Counted from the first letter of the stretch, positions 19,901 through 30,509 are shown. The stretch is 64,000 nt of DNA from an uncultured Flavobacteriales bacterium (GCA_963933885.1 CAWVWF010000001.1:3638-67637), one strand, 5' to 3'. The notes: generated by a model not told the origin, from the letters alone. Translations and numbers: made by a program.

Positions 19901-22760
19901 AATTAAATAAATCATAATTTCCTGCATCAAAAGTCACAGCTAAATCGCCTTCACATATTGTATCATTTTCAACAAAAGGAATTGGATTTGGTCTGTTTAC
20001 TAAAATGAAAGAAGTATCATTCACACACCCATTACTATCTGTTACTTCGATGGAGTAATTACCAGCAGAGCTCGTACTGAACGTACTAGAATTTGATCCT
20101 CCGTTGTTCCAATTATAAACATCATAATTACCAGGATCGAATGTTACACTGCTATCACCATCACAAATTGCTTTACTATCTATAAATGGCTGAGGCAATG
20201 GGTTTACTACTAACTCAACTATTGTATCTCCTTCACAACCATTATCATCTATAACTTCAACTGAATAGATTCCGGCTGAATTTACAGTGATTGTTTGATC
20301 TGGTGAATTGTTAAAACTCCATGTATAAGATGCAAATATTCCAGCATCAAAAATTATTGATGGGTCTCCTTCGCAAATCGTATCGTTTGGTATAAAAGGA
20401 AGTGGTAATGTATCTACAAATAAAACAACAGAATCAGTATCCTTACAACCATACTGATCCGTTATTTCTACAATATATTCACCTGCCGAATCTTTAGTTA
20501 TTTGCTGATTTGTTTCTGATGTATTCCAAACATATAAATCCCATGTTCCTGCATCAAAAGTAACAGGAGCGTCGCCTTTACAAATCGTTTTATCCACTCC
20601 TAAGTCAACTACTGGTTTTGGGTTTACAATCAATGTTACAACTGTATCCTCAACACAACCATTGCTATCCGTTACTTCTACTTTATAATCACCTGCGATA
20701 GTTGTTTTTATTGAAGAACCTGTTCCGTTTTGATAATCCCAACTGTATGCATCGTATATTCCAACATCAAATGTTATTGCTGAATCGCCTTCACAAATCG
20801 TATCATTTTCGATATAAGGAACTGGGAGTTCATTTACTTTTAATAACACGGTATCACTTCCTTTACAACCTTTGATGTCTGTTACTTCTACGAGGTACTC
20901 TCCCTCAATATCAGTTGATATCGTTCGAGTTATTTCATTGTTATAATTCCATAAATAGGTATCCCAATTCCCTGCATCAAAAACTATAGAAGGATCATTT
21001 TTACATATAGATGTATCATTTCCTAAATCTGGTTTTGGTAATGGATTTACAACGATATAAATTGAATCTTTACAAGTACTACCTATCCCCGTTACAGTAT
21101 AAATCAACTTGTACTCTCCTTCTTTTGTAGATAGGTTAAGTGCATTAAAACTCGTGTCAGATTGTTCAACTAAAACAGCATCTACTCCACTCGTTGTTGG
21201 AATTGAATCAATAGACCAAACTCCTGGTCCATTCCCTAATAGTACTATTGGATCCAATGCTATCGAATCCACTCCAATACAAAGTTCAGGTTGAACATCA
21301 TCAAGTTCAACCTCACAGCTAACACACTCTTTTACTTCTATCCAAATCGTATCGTTTACATCACAAAACCTAAATTCTATCATATGAAGTCCTGCACCTG
21401 CATCACTTGGAACAAATAACCCTTTGATTTGCCCTGAGTCTCCTGCCTGTATTCCATTTCCAAAATAACCATGTGTTGCATCCGCTTGTCTGATTCCCGA
21501 TTCCGAATCTACATGACTACAAACCCATTCTGTATATAAATCAATTGGCGTTGTAATCGTATCACAAAAAGGTCCTACCTCTGTTATATCAGGTTCTTCT
21601 GCTGGTGGAATAAACATACTTGAAATTCCATTCGAGGATTTTATATTCATATCCGTTGTTCCTCCAGAAGCAGAATTAATTCGATACATTCCACTTGCTC
21701 CGGCACTATAAACATATCCATCTGCTCCTAATTCTAATCCTAAATGACTTCCATTAGGCATTGAAAAACTTTGTCGAGATCCTAAGATATCACTAGCGCT
21801 TGTATTAAAAGTTGAGACACCTTTAAGTATTTCCGAAATATATAAAGTTTGATTGTCTGCTCCAAATACTAAATCATATGGTATAAATCCAGTTGTAGGT
21901 GCGAAACTTTCACCATCTGTGATTTCCCCTGTTTTGTTATTAAAATTGTAAATCCTTAGGGTATTAGCCGCAACCCCTGTAGGCCATGCTTGGGGGAATG
22001 CTGATGCCATTTTAGTTCCATCCCAATTAAATGCTATTCCACCTCTCTCCCATTGTCCGGTAACACTAAAAGCTTCATTAGAAATTACAGCTGGTGTAAC
22101 AAATCCATCACAAGTTAAAAGAAAAGTGTGGAATTCGGTTGAACCAACCTTTAAGACTGTTACCCAAATATCAACTCCATTTTCATGGAAAGTAGCGGAA
22201 ATACCTTCTGCAACTTTGAAGGTTGTAAGTTGTTTTGAATATATGTGTTGTGCGTTTTCATCAAAAACACCAATGTTAAATCCATTGGCTCCACCAAGTG
22301 CATCATCAGTTGTTAGCGCATAATATTTAAATGGAGCTAATGGGTGTCTTACCATCATCACCCCTTGAGAAGCACTCCCGTATGAAGTAGCCCCTCCTTC
22401 ATTTCCTTCTTTTAATCCAGCATAGGTTTTTGTTCCTGTATTATCATAAACAGATAAACCATTTGTCATCAATATTAAGTTTCCTCCATCATCACTTGCT
22501 GAAGAAATTCCTTCATAACCTCCAATTACATTTGTTGTACTATTACCATAAGAGGTAGCAGTTTGTGTTGTGAAATTGTATACAAACGATTTACCTCCAA
22601 TACTAGGTGCGAGGAAAAAGTTATTATGCCCTGGCCATTCCCAAGGGTTTCTTGTAGTAGTAACACATGTTTGACGCTCTTGAGCGATTACTTCTGAAAA
22701 TGAAAGTAGAATTATAAATAATACTCGAAAATGAGTGCTTATACCCTTGATGAATCTCAT
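16920..22760 (-). CDS. giant surface adhesin-like T9SS cargo with an N-terminal ~450 aa beta-rich domain, ~16 tandem Cys-containing ~78 aa repeats, and a type-B (gliding-motility-associated) C-terminal domain
   Basis: 1946 aa. Signal peptide. The repeated unit is P-x-P-x-x-x-N-D-T-I-C-E-G-D-x-x-x-x-F-D-A-G-x-Y-x-x-Y-x-W…Y-x-V-E-V-T-D-x-N-G-C. The C-terminus FSPNGDGINDSF…IFNRWGQQIYE…WDGTY matches the CHU_C/type-B CTD. Confidence 0.85.
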   Translation of the reverse strand: MRFIKGISTHFRVLFIILLSFSEVIAQERQTCVTTTRNPWEWPGHNNFFLAPSIGGKSFVYNFTTQTATSYGNSTTNVIGGYEGISSASDDGGNLILMTNGLSVYDNTGTKTYAGLKEGNEGGATSYGSASQGVMMVRHPLAPFKYYALTTDDALGGANGFNIGVFDENAQHIYSKQLTTFKVAEGISATFHENGVDIWVTVLKVGSTEFHTFLLTCDGFVTPAVISNEAFSVTGQWERGGIAFNWDGTKMASAFPQAWPTGVAANTLRIYNFNNKTGEITDGESFAPTTGFIPYDLVFGADNQTLYISEILKGVSTFNTSASDILGSRQSFSMPNGSHLGLELGADGYVYSAGASGMYRINSASGGTTDMNIKSSNGISSMFIPPAEEPDITEVGPFCDTITTPIDLYTEWVCSHVDSESGIRQADATHGYFGNGIQAGDSGQIKGLFVPSDAGAGLHMIEFRFCDVNDTIWIEVKECVSCEVELDDVQPELCIGVDSIALDPIVLLGNGPGVWSIDSIPTTSGVDAVLVEQSDTSFNALNLSTKEGEYKLIYTVTGIGSTCKDSIYIVVNPLPKPDLGNDTSICKNDPSIVFDAGNWDTYLWNYNNEITRTISTDIEGEYLVEVTDIKGCKGSDTVLLKVNELPVPYIENDTICEGDSAITFDVGIYDAYSWDYQNGTGSSIKTTIAGDYKVEVTDSNGCVEDTVVTLIVNPKPVVDLGVDKTICKGDAPVTFDAGTWDLYVWNTSETNQQITKDSAGEYIVEITDQYGCKDTDSVVLFVDTLPLPFIPNDTICEGDPSIIFDAGIFASYTWSFNNSPDQTITVNSAGIYSVEVIDDNGCEGDTIVELVVNPLPQPFIDSKAICDGDSSVTFDPGNYDVYNWNNGGSNSSTFSTSSAGNYSIEVTDSNGCVNDTSFILVNRPNPIPFVENDTICEGDLAVTFDAGNYDLFNWSTQDSTQTINLDSAGRYTIEVTDSNGCVSDTSFELVVNPKPIPFISNDTICEGGGPVVFDAGSYTSFLWSTNDTTQTIQLDASGVYTVEVMDDNGCISDTSFELIVNVLPIPYVANDTICEGDSIVEFSVGDYDIYDWNGNNNDSVFSSKDGGVYTVEVTDSNGCKADTSFELIVNLLPIPYVPNDTICDGDSPVTLDAGVYLSYNWQNGLSVDQLLSTNAGNSYHIEVTDSNGCVNDTTVELVVNPNPIVSIGPDEEICSMDPAVQLTTGFTKATYLWSNDSTTSSIQIHDEGDYSLILTDSNGCLGYDTMYLKVNQMPLVNMQDQVICAGDSEVIFDAGLGFETYIWNTGDTISSFQTNQAGEYTVDFIDAQGCPGSDTVVLVVNPLPTPDLGLDITICENASSVAFTPGTYAKYEWFNYSDKDSYNTTRPGIYDVEVTDSNGCVAQDTVELIVIPLPKPDVIFDVAMCPGMKATLDASGFDNGNGPYTYEWHDRSKYSTYIAAYKEWTWVDITDAYGCVGRDSAEITIEQNLSVTIANAPKIDLCIGENVDLIPNYKSVDNYNFTWSTNETTDVINVDTSGLYIVHVDDGKGCEGDAIVEVEVHPLPIVTPSKAAICNGDSVVIGNDKGNQFDYVWSTAEQTAQITVFTGGIFDQEVTNVATGCKNSTFVEVILNDNPNPDLGPDIKVCDGTLVNVSDIGGDQNLSYLWSTTDTVSQITATGSNDYILNVETPEGCVGKDTVNVIFVPIPVVDLGPDINLCEGETGTIDAGISGLNYTWNDSQTETVFDVNQTNTHIISVSNELCSSTDTINVNVVPLPTSGIDHSLDNKYFCFEELTDRGFNISAGTDQSYDYLWGTTDSTSDITIQSAGTYVVQISVGNCFITDRITFNEFCPSALYIPNTFSPNGDGINDSFNAKGHNITDYHMYIFNRWGQQIYESESMFVDWDGTYMGREVQIDTYVYKIYYSMNHPDGKPRRKQKVGHVNVLR

Positions 22761-23208
22761 AACCTATTTTTTGAATGAAAAAGGATTTAGACTTTCTAAA
22801 TCCTATAACCAATCGTGAAGCAAGATTTTGATACTGTTCCCGATTACTAATGTAACAGTTAAGAGAAAGCTAAACATCCGTATTATCCCTAGAATCATTT
22901 ACAAAACAAGCAGTTACCAAATTAATCAAGGTTTTTGCATAAAATGTATACTTTGAAAACAAGTAGTTTTCGAGCGTAAATAGGGCTTTGACGCGTTTAG
23001 GTGAAATTTCCATTTTTTTATTTTTAATGTGTAACTAAACTGTTATTTCAACAAATAGCAATACACCTTCTTTACTATCCAATAGCTTGACATTTCATGT
23101 AAAACAATAGTCATTTGTGTAAAGGATTTTGAACAAGAAAAAGTCTTTCATATGTTTATTAGGAGCCGATTTCATCACACTATTCACGTATTTAAAACCA
23201 AACTACTT

Positions 23209-24663
23209 ATGAGACCAAATAATTTGAAACACCTGTTATTAAAGAGCATTTTATTCCTATTTGTATTAGGCGTAAACGCTGTTAGTTATTTACCAAGTGA
23301 TCCTAATATTCAATATCATGGAAGATGGAACAGTGCAGACCCAAGTGAATACCGAACAGAATGGTCATCCACTTATTTTAAAGTAAGGTTTACTGGAAGT
23401 TCAATCGAGGTAAAAATTACGAGCTCTTCAGTATTATACTATGAATATCAACTTGATGGAGGACCATGGGTAAAAACAACTTCTCCTGGAGTAATTGCAG
23501 CTTCAGGATCTGGAGAGCATTCTTTAAAATTTGTAAGACTTAATGCAGGAAACCATGGCTACACTTTATTTCAAGGACTAGAAGTAACTGGAGGTGTTTT
23601 GTTAGACCCAGGGCAAAGAAGGTGCTTACAAATGGAGTTTGTAGGGAATTCTATTACAACAGGATGGGGTAATGATGGCGGACAAGGTGGTGGCGCTGAT
23701 GTTCAAAATGGAAGATTAGCTTGGGGACCAGTATTGGCTGAAAAGTTTAATGCCGAATGGAGAGTTGAAGCCCATAGTGGACAAGGAATGCATAACAACT
23801 TATATGAATACGGACAACAAGACGCTCCAGGGAAATATACAATGGCTGATGAATGGGAGATGATGTATGAAATGAAACATGGTGGAGATGAATACACTAC
23901 AGTTTGGCCTTTCACAGATGGATACCAACCAGATGTTTTCTTTTGTTCATTAGGAACAAATGATTTTGCTCAAAATTCTGCATATCCAACTTGTACAGAA
24001 TTTAATGGGAGATACAATGAATACTTAGATTTAGTAAGAGGTTATTATCCAGATGCAACGATCATTTTATTTGGAACTAATTTACCAACTTGGGGAGCGG
24101 CATCAGTTGCTTCTTATGATTCTTGTAATAGATGTTTAGCGGAATTAGTTGACTATAGAAACAATGTAAGAAACGATGCAAACATCTACTTTGCAAATCC
24201 AAAACCAGGGAATTTAGATGCCAACTTATGGGTTGATTACAACTTGTATTTACCAGATAACACGCATCCAAATGGTGAAGGTCATCAAATAATCGCTACG
24301 AAAATGAAAGCGTTTATGGATGCTATCCCAGCAATAAAAGATAAACTAGATCAGACTACTAGTGGCTGTATTACAAGCATTAAAGAGATGGGTAATATCA
24401 ATCAACTTAAAGTATATCCAAATCCAATGACAGATGATGGTGTTTTGGAAATGGAGCTTACAAATCCTTCTGATGTGAACTTTGAAATTTACTCGATAGA
24501 AGGTAGATTAATTGACTCCGCTGCACATAATATGTTAGCGCGTGGAAAGCATTCTTTTCAATTAAATATGCTCTTCAAGAAGACTAATTTAACTGGCGGA
24601 AGCTACTTGATCAAAGTAATATCAGGAAGGTCAACATCAACTATTATTTCAATTTTAAAATAA
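23209..24663 (+). CDS. SGNH/GDSL-family hydrolase (carbohydrate esterase-like) with an N-terminal beta-sandwich (CBM-like) domain and a T9SS type-A CTD
   Basis: Block I FVGNSITTGWG (Ser nucleophile). Block III SLGTNDF. Block V DNTHPNGEGH (Asp/His). C-terminus KVYPNPMTDDGVLEM…GSYLIKV sorting domain. The track start 23152 precedes the signal peptide, so I used the ATG at 23209 (MRPNNLKHLLLKSILFLFVLG). Confidence 0.8.
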   Translation: MRPNNLKHLLLKSILFLFVLGVNAVSYLPSDPNIQYHGRWNSADPSEYRTEWSSTYFKVRFTGSSIEVKITSSSVLYYEYQLDGGPWVKTTSPGVIAASGSGEHSLKFVRLNAGNHGYTLFQGLEVTGGVLLDPGQRRCLQMEFVGNSITTGWGNDGGQGGGADVQNGRLAWGPVLAEKFNAEWRVEAHSGQGMHNNLYEYGQQDAPGKYTMADEWEMMYEMKHGGDEYTTVWPFTDGYQPDVFFCSLGTNDFAQNSAYPTCTEFNGRYNEYLDLVRGYYPDATIILFGTNLPTWGAASVASYDSCNRCLAELVDYRNNVRNDANIYFANPKPGNLDANLWVDYNLYLPDNTHPNGEGHQIIATKMKAFMDAIPAIKDKLDQTTSGCITSIKEMGNINQLKVYPNPMTDDGVLEMELTNPSDVNFEIYSIEGRLIDSAAHNMLARGKHSFQLNMLFKKTNLTGGSYLIKVISGRSTSTIISILK

Positions 24664-24731
24664 ATTATTACCCTTTTAAATGGGAATGAAAACCAGAACA
24701 AGGTCTGCCCCCTTGCTCATAAACTACTATT

Positions 24732-27700
24732 ATGTTTAAAAAGGAACTTACATCTTTAATGTTAATTGTATTTTTTACAATTGTATGCCAGCTTAAGAGC
24801 TTGTCGCAGGGTATATCTCCATTTACTTTATCGTTAGATTTTAATGTAGAACCGATCGATAATTCGTTTTATGGAAACTTAATCGTTAATGCTAATGGTG
24901 CTACCATTCCTAATGGTTTTACCTTAACATTAAGATGGCCTTCCTTAAAGGATTTCATAATGAATCAACCTGCCTTTACTGAAAATGGAACTGGGCAGTG
25001 TGATACGAAAACAATTACTTTTGACAGCTGGATGATTAAATCCACGGGCATTAATGTAAGTGCAAGTGGACACTACAACACCCCTTATTTATTGCCGCCT
25101 TATGCAATTGACAATAATGGAGACACCGTTTTGGTTGTGCTATCTGATCCCAAGTATTTACCCCAAGCATATAATCAAAAACCAAAAGAATTCCATTTTA
25201 AAAGTGAGTGCTTTATTCCGTCCCCAGATAAATTGTGCCTAGGTGAAGCACAGTTTAGGGAATGGAATGAAGTATGGGATGTAAGAGTTCCCGAAAATAG
25301 AATTAGTTGGGCAATCGCGTCCGCACATTCCCAACGCTTGTTTAATAACATGATTGGTGCTGAAGTTACTTCCTTAAATTACGTAATGGCTCAAGCCATG
25401 ATTGAAGGAAGAATGGCATGTGATCAAGGTGCAATATTCGATCAAAATGATAATAACCCTGGAGGTTATTGGAGTATTTCTGAACCTGCTGGGTGTATGC
25501 AAATTGTAACAACTGGCTGGGAACAACTAAAACAATTCTACCCATCACTATACGACGCAAATGGATTACAGTATAACGATTTTATTTCAGGAAAAAACTT
25601 TGTAACTGCAGCGCTGTCAAAAGCAATGTTTGACATGACTACCTTTTCTTATTTCGAAAAGAAACTATGTTCTAATCCGATTGATTTCATGTTGGAATCA
25701 GCAGATCCATATTTTACTGAAGAATTTTTAGCTATTGCTTATCATGATGGGAATGAAGGTGCTTGGAGTTCATTAGAACATATTTTCACAACCAACAGAA
25801 CTACTGCTGTTAATGATCCCAACTTAGCATCATTAATTATGTCGTCCGGACTATCTAAGGGTTACGGTCCTGAATATGCTGAGAGAATGCGAAATAATCT
25901 AATCCAACTTGAAAACAACTTTAGTGTTGATGGAGGTGCTGGGTTAATTTCAGGCTCGGCACAAATAAATTGGAAAGGAGGAAAAGTAGGACCTCCAGCA
26001 GATTATGAATATCATGGATGCTACAATGAACCAGTTTCTTGGGCAGATATGGAAGCTTATATCGATGATGCCCACCGATTGTTTTGGACTGGGGATATTG
26101 TAGATATCAAAGCACGTGTAAGAACTGAATTTGATAGAAGAGCTTCAGGTGGAAGTGTAATGTATGAGGATTTAGGATCTGTAATCGACACCATGGTTAT
26201 GGCATTTCCAGCTTATAGTACTGATGAAGGTTTAGGAACCGATTTCACACAACAATTAAAAGCATGTGGTTCTCCTGCTGTTGTGATGAGTAGTTGTGAT
26301 GAAATTTGTCCTGGTGAAACTGGTGAATTATGGATTCATTGTATGGGTGTTCCACCATTTACATATAGCATTTTAGCGCCTGATGGAAACATTATTACTA
26401 GAACAACAGCACTTACAGAGGTAACTGATGTTGTTTTAGTAAAAGAGCCTGGCGTGTATAAAATATTAGATTTTAACGATGCCAATGGAACGGTATTTAT
26501 GAATTGTCATAACTCCTCTGCTGAAATAAAAAATGCAGGAGATGCAAAAGTAGCATGGAATAAAGATCGTGTAGATGGAAATGGTTGTTCGAATGGAAAT
26601 CTTGAATTAGATATTGAAGGGAATGGACCTTGGTTAATCACCTATACAAAAGACGGTGGTAATGAAATCGATTTGGTCATTCCACTAAATGCAACAATGC
26701 CTTTTTCGGTGCCAAATGAAAGTCCTGCAACCGGGACTCAGTACATTTTAACACATATGGTTGCAGGAGGATGTGACTCAGATCTTGATGATACGATCAA
26801 TTTCTGTAGTGATTGTGTTAAACCACAATTGGAATTATTAACCACTGATACTGCAGTTTGTAATGGAGATACTGTAGCTGTTCAATTTAAGTTTATTGGA
26901 AATGCAGATTATAGCTTATTCTATCATTTCGATGGAAATCAATTCAATAATTCTGGAATATCTACTGATGACTTTACAATTCCAATAACCTCTAGTGGGG
27001 TACTAATTATCGACTCTCTAATCGATGCAACTTGTAAGAATGATACTTTAACCAATAAGCTAGAAATTACGGTTAATCCTATTCCTGATTTTAGTTTAGG
27101 AAAAGACACTACAATATGTTCTGGCCCAATCACCTTTAGTACAAACACATCAGGAGCAAACTCTTACGAATGGAATAATGCTTCAACCGATCCAACTTTA
27201 ACTGTTAATTCAAGTGGTGATTATTGGGTTATTGTTACTGAAAATAATTGTTCAGATACAGATTCAATCACTCTAGATATTGGTGGAGAATTACCAATTG
27301 ATTTAGGTTTGGATACTACGCTTTGTTTGATAGATGCACCTTTAATTTTAACTGTTGGAAGTTTTGATGTTGTTGAATGGAATGGAGTTTCGGGTGGTGT
27401 AAATTATGATGTTATAACTACATCAACAATTAATGTTCACGTGGTTGATATTGATGGTTGTGAAGGTTGGGACACTGTTGAGGTTGTTCTTAATTCAATG
27501 CCAATTGTAGCTTTAAGAAGCGATACTTCCTTATGTCCATTTTCAGCTCCGTTAACCTTAAATGCAAAGAATACTGGAGCAACCTATTTATGGAATTTAG
27601 ATGCGCTAACTAGTCAAACTATTGATGTAAATAAAAGTGGAATATATAAAGTTAAAGTAACGGAAAATGGATGTTCTACAGAAGATTCTGTTAGTGTAAC

Positions 27701-30425
27701 AATTTTGGATACGATAGATATAGATCTGGGGCCGGACACAACTTTTTGCTCGGATTTAGGAAATTATGAGATTACTATTGATCCAAGTTTTAAATCTTAC
27801 AGATGGAGTAATAATGACACAACCCAATCGATTTCTATCGGCACTTCTAGCACTATTGAAGTTGAAGTTGAAAATTCATTTGGTTGCGTTGGAAAGGATA
27901 CAGTCGTAGTAACGATAATCCCTACTCCATCTGTTGATTTAGGTAAAGACATTAGTATATGCCCTAACTCTTCTCCTGTTACTTTTGACGCTAAAAATAT
28001 TGGAGCGGACTTTTTATGGAACAGTGGAGAAACATCTCAAACAATATTAAAAGGAAGTTTAGAAGATGGCGAATATTCAGTGATCGTAACTAAGGATGGA
28101 TGCCATGGATATGATACCGTTAACTTACAAGTATCTACAGAATTAGCAGTTGATTTAGGTGATGATATTGAGGTTTGTATAGATACATTACTTGATGCTG
28201 GTTTTGGTATAGGATATAACTTTGAATGGAGCGGAAACCCATCATCGATAAATCAAACTTACTTAGCTACAGCTGGTGAAGTAACTGTGATTGTATCAGA
28301 TACTTCAGGATGTAAAGGAACAGATACAATTAATATTATTGAAGTAAATCCATTATCAATCGATCTAGGAGTTGACAGGTCTATTTGTTTTGGAGATACT
28401 GCTGAAGTGTTTTCTATGATTTCAAACAGGACCGACATTAATATTATCAAATGGAATGACGCATCAACTGGATATTCTCTTACAGCGAACACGAGTGGAG
28501 AATACTGGTTAGAGGTTGATAGTTCAGGATGTATAGCCAAGGACACAGTAAATTTAACTGTTCATGATCTTGAAAAAATTAATTTGGGAGACGACACCAC
28601 TTTCTGTGAAGGGAATATTCCAACATTTACAATGGATGCTGGTAAATTTGTATCCTATCAATGGAAGGAATTAACCAATTTGGATTTATTAGGTACTAAC
28701 CAGACTCAGATTGCTAGTAACGTTGGGGTTTATGAAGTAATGATTATAGATTCTAATGGGTGCGAAGCTTTAGATACATTGGCTGTTTTAGAAGAACTAG
28801 CTACTCAATTTTCACTTGGAGACGACACAACAATTTGTCCTGGAGGAAGTGCTATCATATCAATTCCTTTGAACATAACAGGTGGAAGTTGGCAATGGGT
28901 TAATGATGGATCAAACGGAAGTAAATATACAGTTAGCAATCAAACAGATGGTAGTACTGAAAGTGTAATACTTGAATATAAAAATGCATTTAACTGTATA
29001 ACTTATGATTCTGTAGATGTGAAAATCACGAATACATTAGTGATTTCGGGGTTAAAGGATACTACAATTTGTGAGGGAGAAGATGTTGAGATAGGAAGTG
29101 GTTATCCTCTTTCGGGGTATATTTTTGATTGGCAAGATGGATCTTCTAATAATAACTTTATCGTTACCAATGCCAATAGTTCAAACTCAGGATTGATAAC
29201 AGTTAATATTATAAGTAATGAAGGTTGTTCTGGAAATGCATCATTGAATCTAATTGTAAATAACAATCCAATACCTAACTTGGCAGACAGTACTAGTTGT
29301 GTTGGGGAAACTATAATATTAGATCATGGGATTTTAAATTCAAATTCAATATGGATTCCAACAAATGATACAACTCAAACTATAGAAATAGCTTCTTCTG
29401 GAACTTACTCAGTTACTGTTACAGATCCTAACGGGTGTATGGGGTATGCTAGCTCTAATTTAATGTTTAACGCTTCTCCTATCGTTAATTTAGGTAAAGA
29501 TCAAACTTTGTGTGAAGGAGATTCTTTCTTGTTGAATACAGGCTTTAAAACGAATGATTTTCACCATCAATGGAACCAGTCAAACACATCATCTGATGAA
29601 TTAATAACGATAGTTAACACAGGATCTTATGGTGTAATTGTAACAGATAATTTAAGTGGTTGTTCAGCTGGTGACACTATCAATTTCAATTTTGATGTTA
29701 CACCAAATTTAGAATTAGGAAATGACACCAATATCTGCGAAGGGGATATTTTCACTTTATATGCAACCGAAATAAATCCAAACTATATTTATGATTGGAC
29801 ACCAAGTGGCTATAATTCGGAAATTGATATTTCATCAAGCGGAATATATTCATTAACAGTTTCAAATGGTAATTGTTCTATCACGGATGATAAATTAGTA
29901 ACAGTTATACCTAAACCAATTAGTAGTTTGATAAACGATACTGTGCTTTGTTTTGAAGATTTACCAAATGGATTAATGCTAGACCCAGGAAGAATCGGAA
30001 GTAGTTATTTATGGAGTACTAGTGAGAATACACAAGTAATAATTGTTAATGATCCTGGAGTTTACTTAGTTGAAATCACTAACTCAACTGGCTGTACAAT
30101 TCAAGATCATGTTGATATTAAAGAATATTGCATAAGTTCAATTTGGGTTCCCAATGCTTTCACTCCTCAAGGTGATGGAACGAATGACACTTGGGAGATT
30201 AAAGGGAGTGGAATAGTTAATTATTCAGTAATAGTTTTTAATAGATGGGGATCTCTTATTTGGGAATCAAATGATATGAATGATTCATGGGATGGGACAC
30301 ACATGGATACTGGTAATGATGTTCAAATTGAGGTATATGCTTATAAAATTTCTTACAGCTACTTTGATATTAATGGAAAAATGAAATCACAAGAAAAACT
30401 GGGGACCGTAACCATAATAAGGTAA
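24732..30425 (+). CDS. second giant adhesin-like T9SS cargo with an N-terminal ~540 aa domain of unknown function, tandem ~75-80 aa Cys-containing repeats, and a type-B C-terminal domain
   Basis: 1897 aa. Signal peptide. The repeats share the D-T-x-I-C-x-G-…-W-N/S-…-Y-x-V-x-V-T-D-x-N-G-C pattern. The C-terminus FTPQGDGTNDTWEI…VFNRWGSLIWES…WDGTH matches the type-B CTD. Confidence 0.85.
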   Translation: MFKKELTSLMLIVFFTIVCQLKSLSQGISPFTLSLDFNVEPIDNSFYGNLIVNANGATIPNGFTLTLRWPSLKDFIMNQPAFTENGTGQCDTKTITFDSWMIKSTGINVSASGHYNTPYLLPPYAIDNNGDTVLVVLSDPKYLPQAYNQKPKEFHFKSECFIPSPDKLCLGEAQFREWNEVWDVRVPENRISWAIASAHSQRLFNNMIGAEVTSLNYVMAQAMIEGRMACDQGAIFDQNDNNPGGYWSISEPAGCMQIVTTGWEQLKQFYPSLYDANGLQYNDFISGKNFVTAALSKAMFDMTTFSYFEKKLCSNPIDFMLESADPYFTEEFLAIAYHDGNEGAWSSLEHIFTTNRTTAVNDPNLASLIMSSGLSKGYGPEYAERMRNNLIQLENNFSVDGGAGLISGSAQINWKGGKVGPPADYEYHGCYNEPVSWADMEAYIDDAHRLFWTGDIVDIKARVRTEFDRRASGGSVMYEDLGSVIDTMVMAFPAYSTDEGLGTDFTQQLKACGSPAVVMSSCDEICPGETGELWIHCMGVPPFTYSILAPDGNIITRTTALTEVTDVVLVKEPGVYKILDFNDANGTVFMNCHNSSAEIKNAGDAKVAWNKDRVDGNGCSNGNLELDIEGNGPWLITYTKDGGNEIDLVIPLNATMPFSVPNESPATGTQYILTHMVAGGCDSDLDDTINFCSDCVKPQLELLTTDTAVCNGDTVAVQFKFIGNADYSLFYHFDGNQFNNSGISTDDFTIPITSSGVLIIDSLIDATCKNDTLTNKLEITVNPIPDFSLGKDTTICSGPITFSTNTSGANSYEWNNASTDPTLTVNSSGDYWVIVTENNCSDTDSITLDIGGELPIDLGLDTTLCLIDAPLILTVGSFDVVEWNGVSGGVNYDVITTSTINVHVVDIDGCEGWDTVEVVLNSMPIVALRSDTSLCPFSAPLTLNAKNTGATYLWNLDALTSQTIDVNKSGIYKVKVTENGCSTEDSVSVTILDTIDIDLGPDTTFCSDLGNYEITIDPSFKSYRWSNNDTTQSISIGTSSTIEVEVENSFGCVGKDTVVVTIIPTPSVDLGKDISICPNSSPVTFDAKNIGADFLWNSGETSQTILKGSLEDGEYSVIVTKDGCHGYDTVNLQVSTELAVDLGDDIEVCIDTLLDAGFGIGYNFEWSGNPSSINQTYLATAGEVTVIVSDTSGCKGTDTINIIEVNPLSIDLGVDRSICFGDTAEVFSMISNRTDINIIKWNDASTGYSLTANTSGEYWLEVDSSGCIAKDTVNLTVHDLEKINLGDDTTFCEGNIPTFTMDAGKFVSYQWKELTNLDLLGTNQTQIASNVGVYEVMIIDSNGCEALDTLAVLEELATQFSLGDDTTICPGGSAIISIPLNITGGSWQWVNDGSNGSKYTVSNQTDGSTESVILEYKNAFNCITYDSVDVKITNTLVISGLKDTTICEGEDVEIGSGYPLSGYIFDWQDGSSNNNFIVTNANSSNSGLITVNIISNEGCSGNASLNLIVNNNPIPNLADSTSCVGETIILDHGILNSNSIWIPTNDTTQTIEIASSGTYSVTVTDPNGCMGYASSNLMFNASPIVNLGKDQTLCEGDSFLLNTGFKTNDFHHQWNQSNTSSDELITIVNTGSYGVIVTDNLSGCSAGDTINFNFDVTPNLELGNDTNICEGDIFTLYATEINPNYIYDWTPSGYNSEIDISSSGIYSLTVSNGNCSITDDKLVTVIPKPISSLINDTVLCFEDLPNGLMLDPGRIGSSYLWSTSENTQVIIVNDPGVYLVEITNSTGCTIQDHVDIKEYCISSIWVPNAFTPQGDGTNDTWEIKGSGIVNYSVIVFNRWGSLIWESNDMNDSWDGTHMDTGNDVQIEVYAYKISYSYFDINGKMKSQEKLGTVTIIR

Positions 30426-30483
30426 TAGAACTTCCTTTTAACATCTACATTACAAACTATAAGCTTGCTCAAAAAAAAGACAT

Positions 30484-30509
30484 AAAAAAAGGGGGCATAA
30501 AGCCCCCTT
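30484..30509 (-). terminator. bidirectional terminator between the convergent giant adhesin and expansin-like genes
   Basis: aaaaaaa gggggc ataaa gccccc ttc. A GC-rich 6 bp stem in an AT-rich context. An A-run sits on one side and a T-containing tail on the other. Confidence 0.5.
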
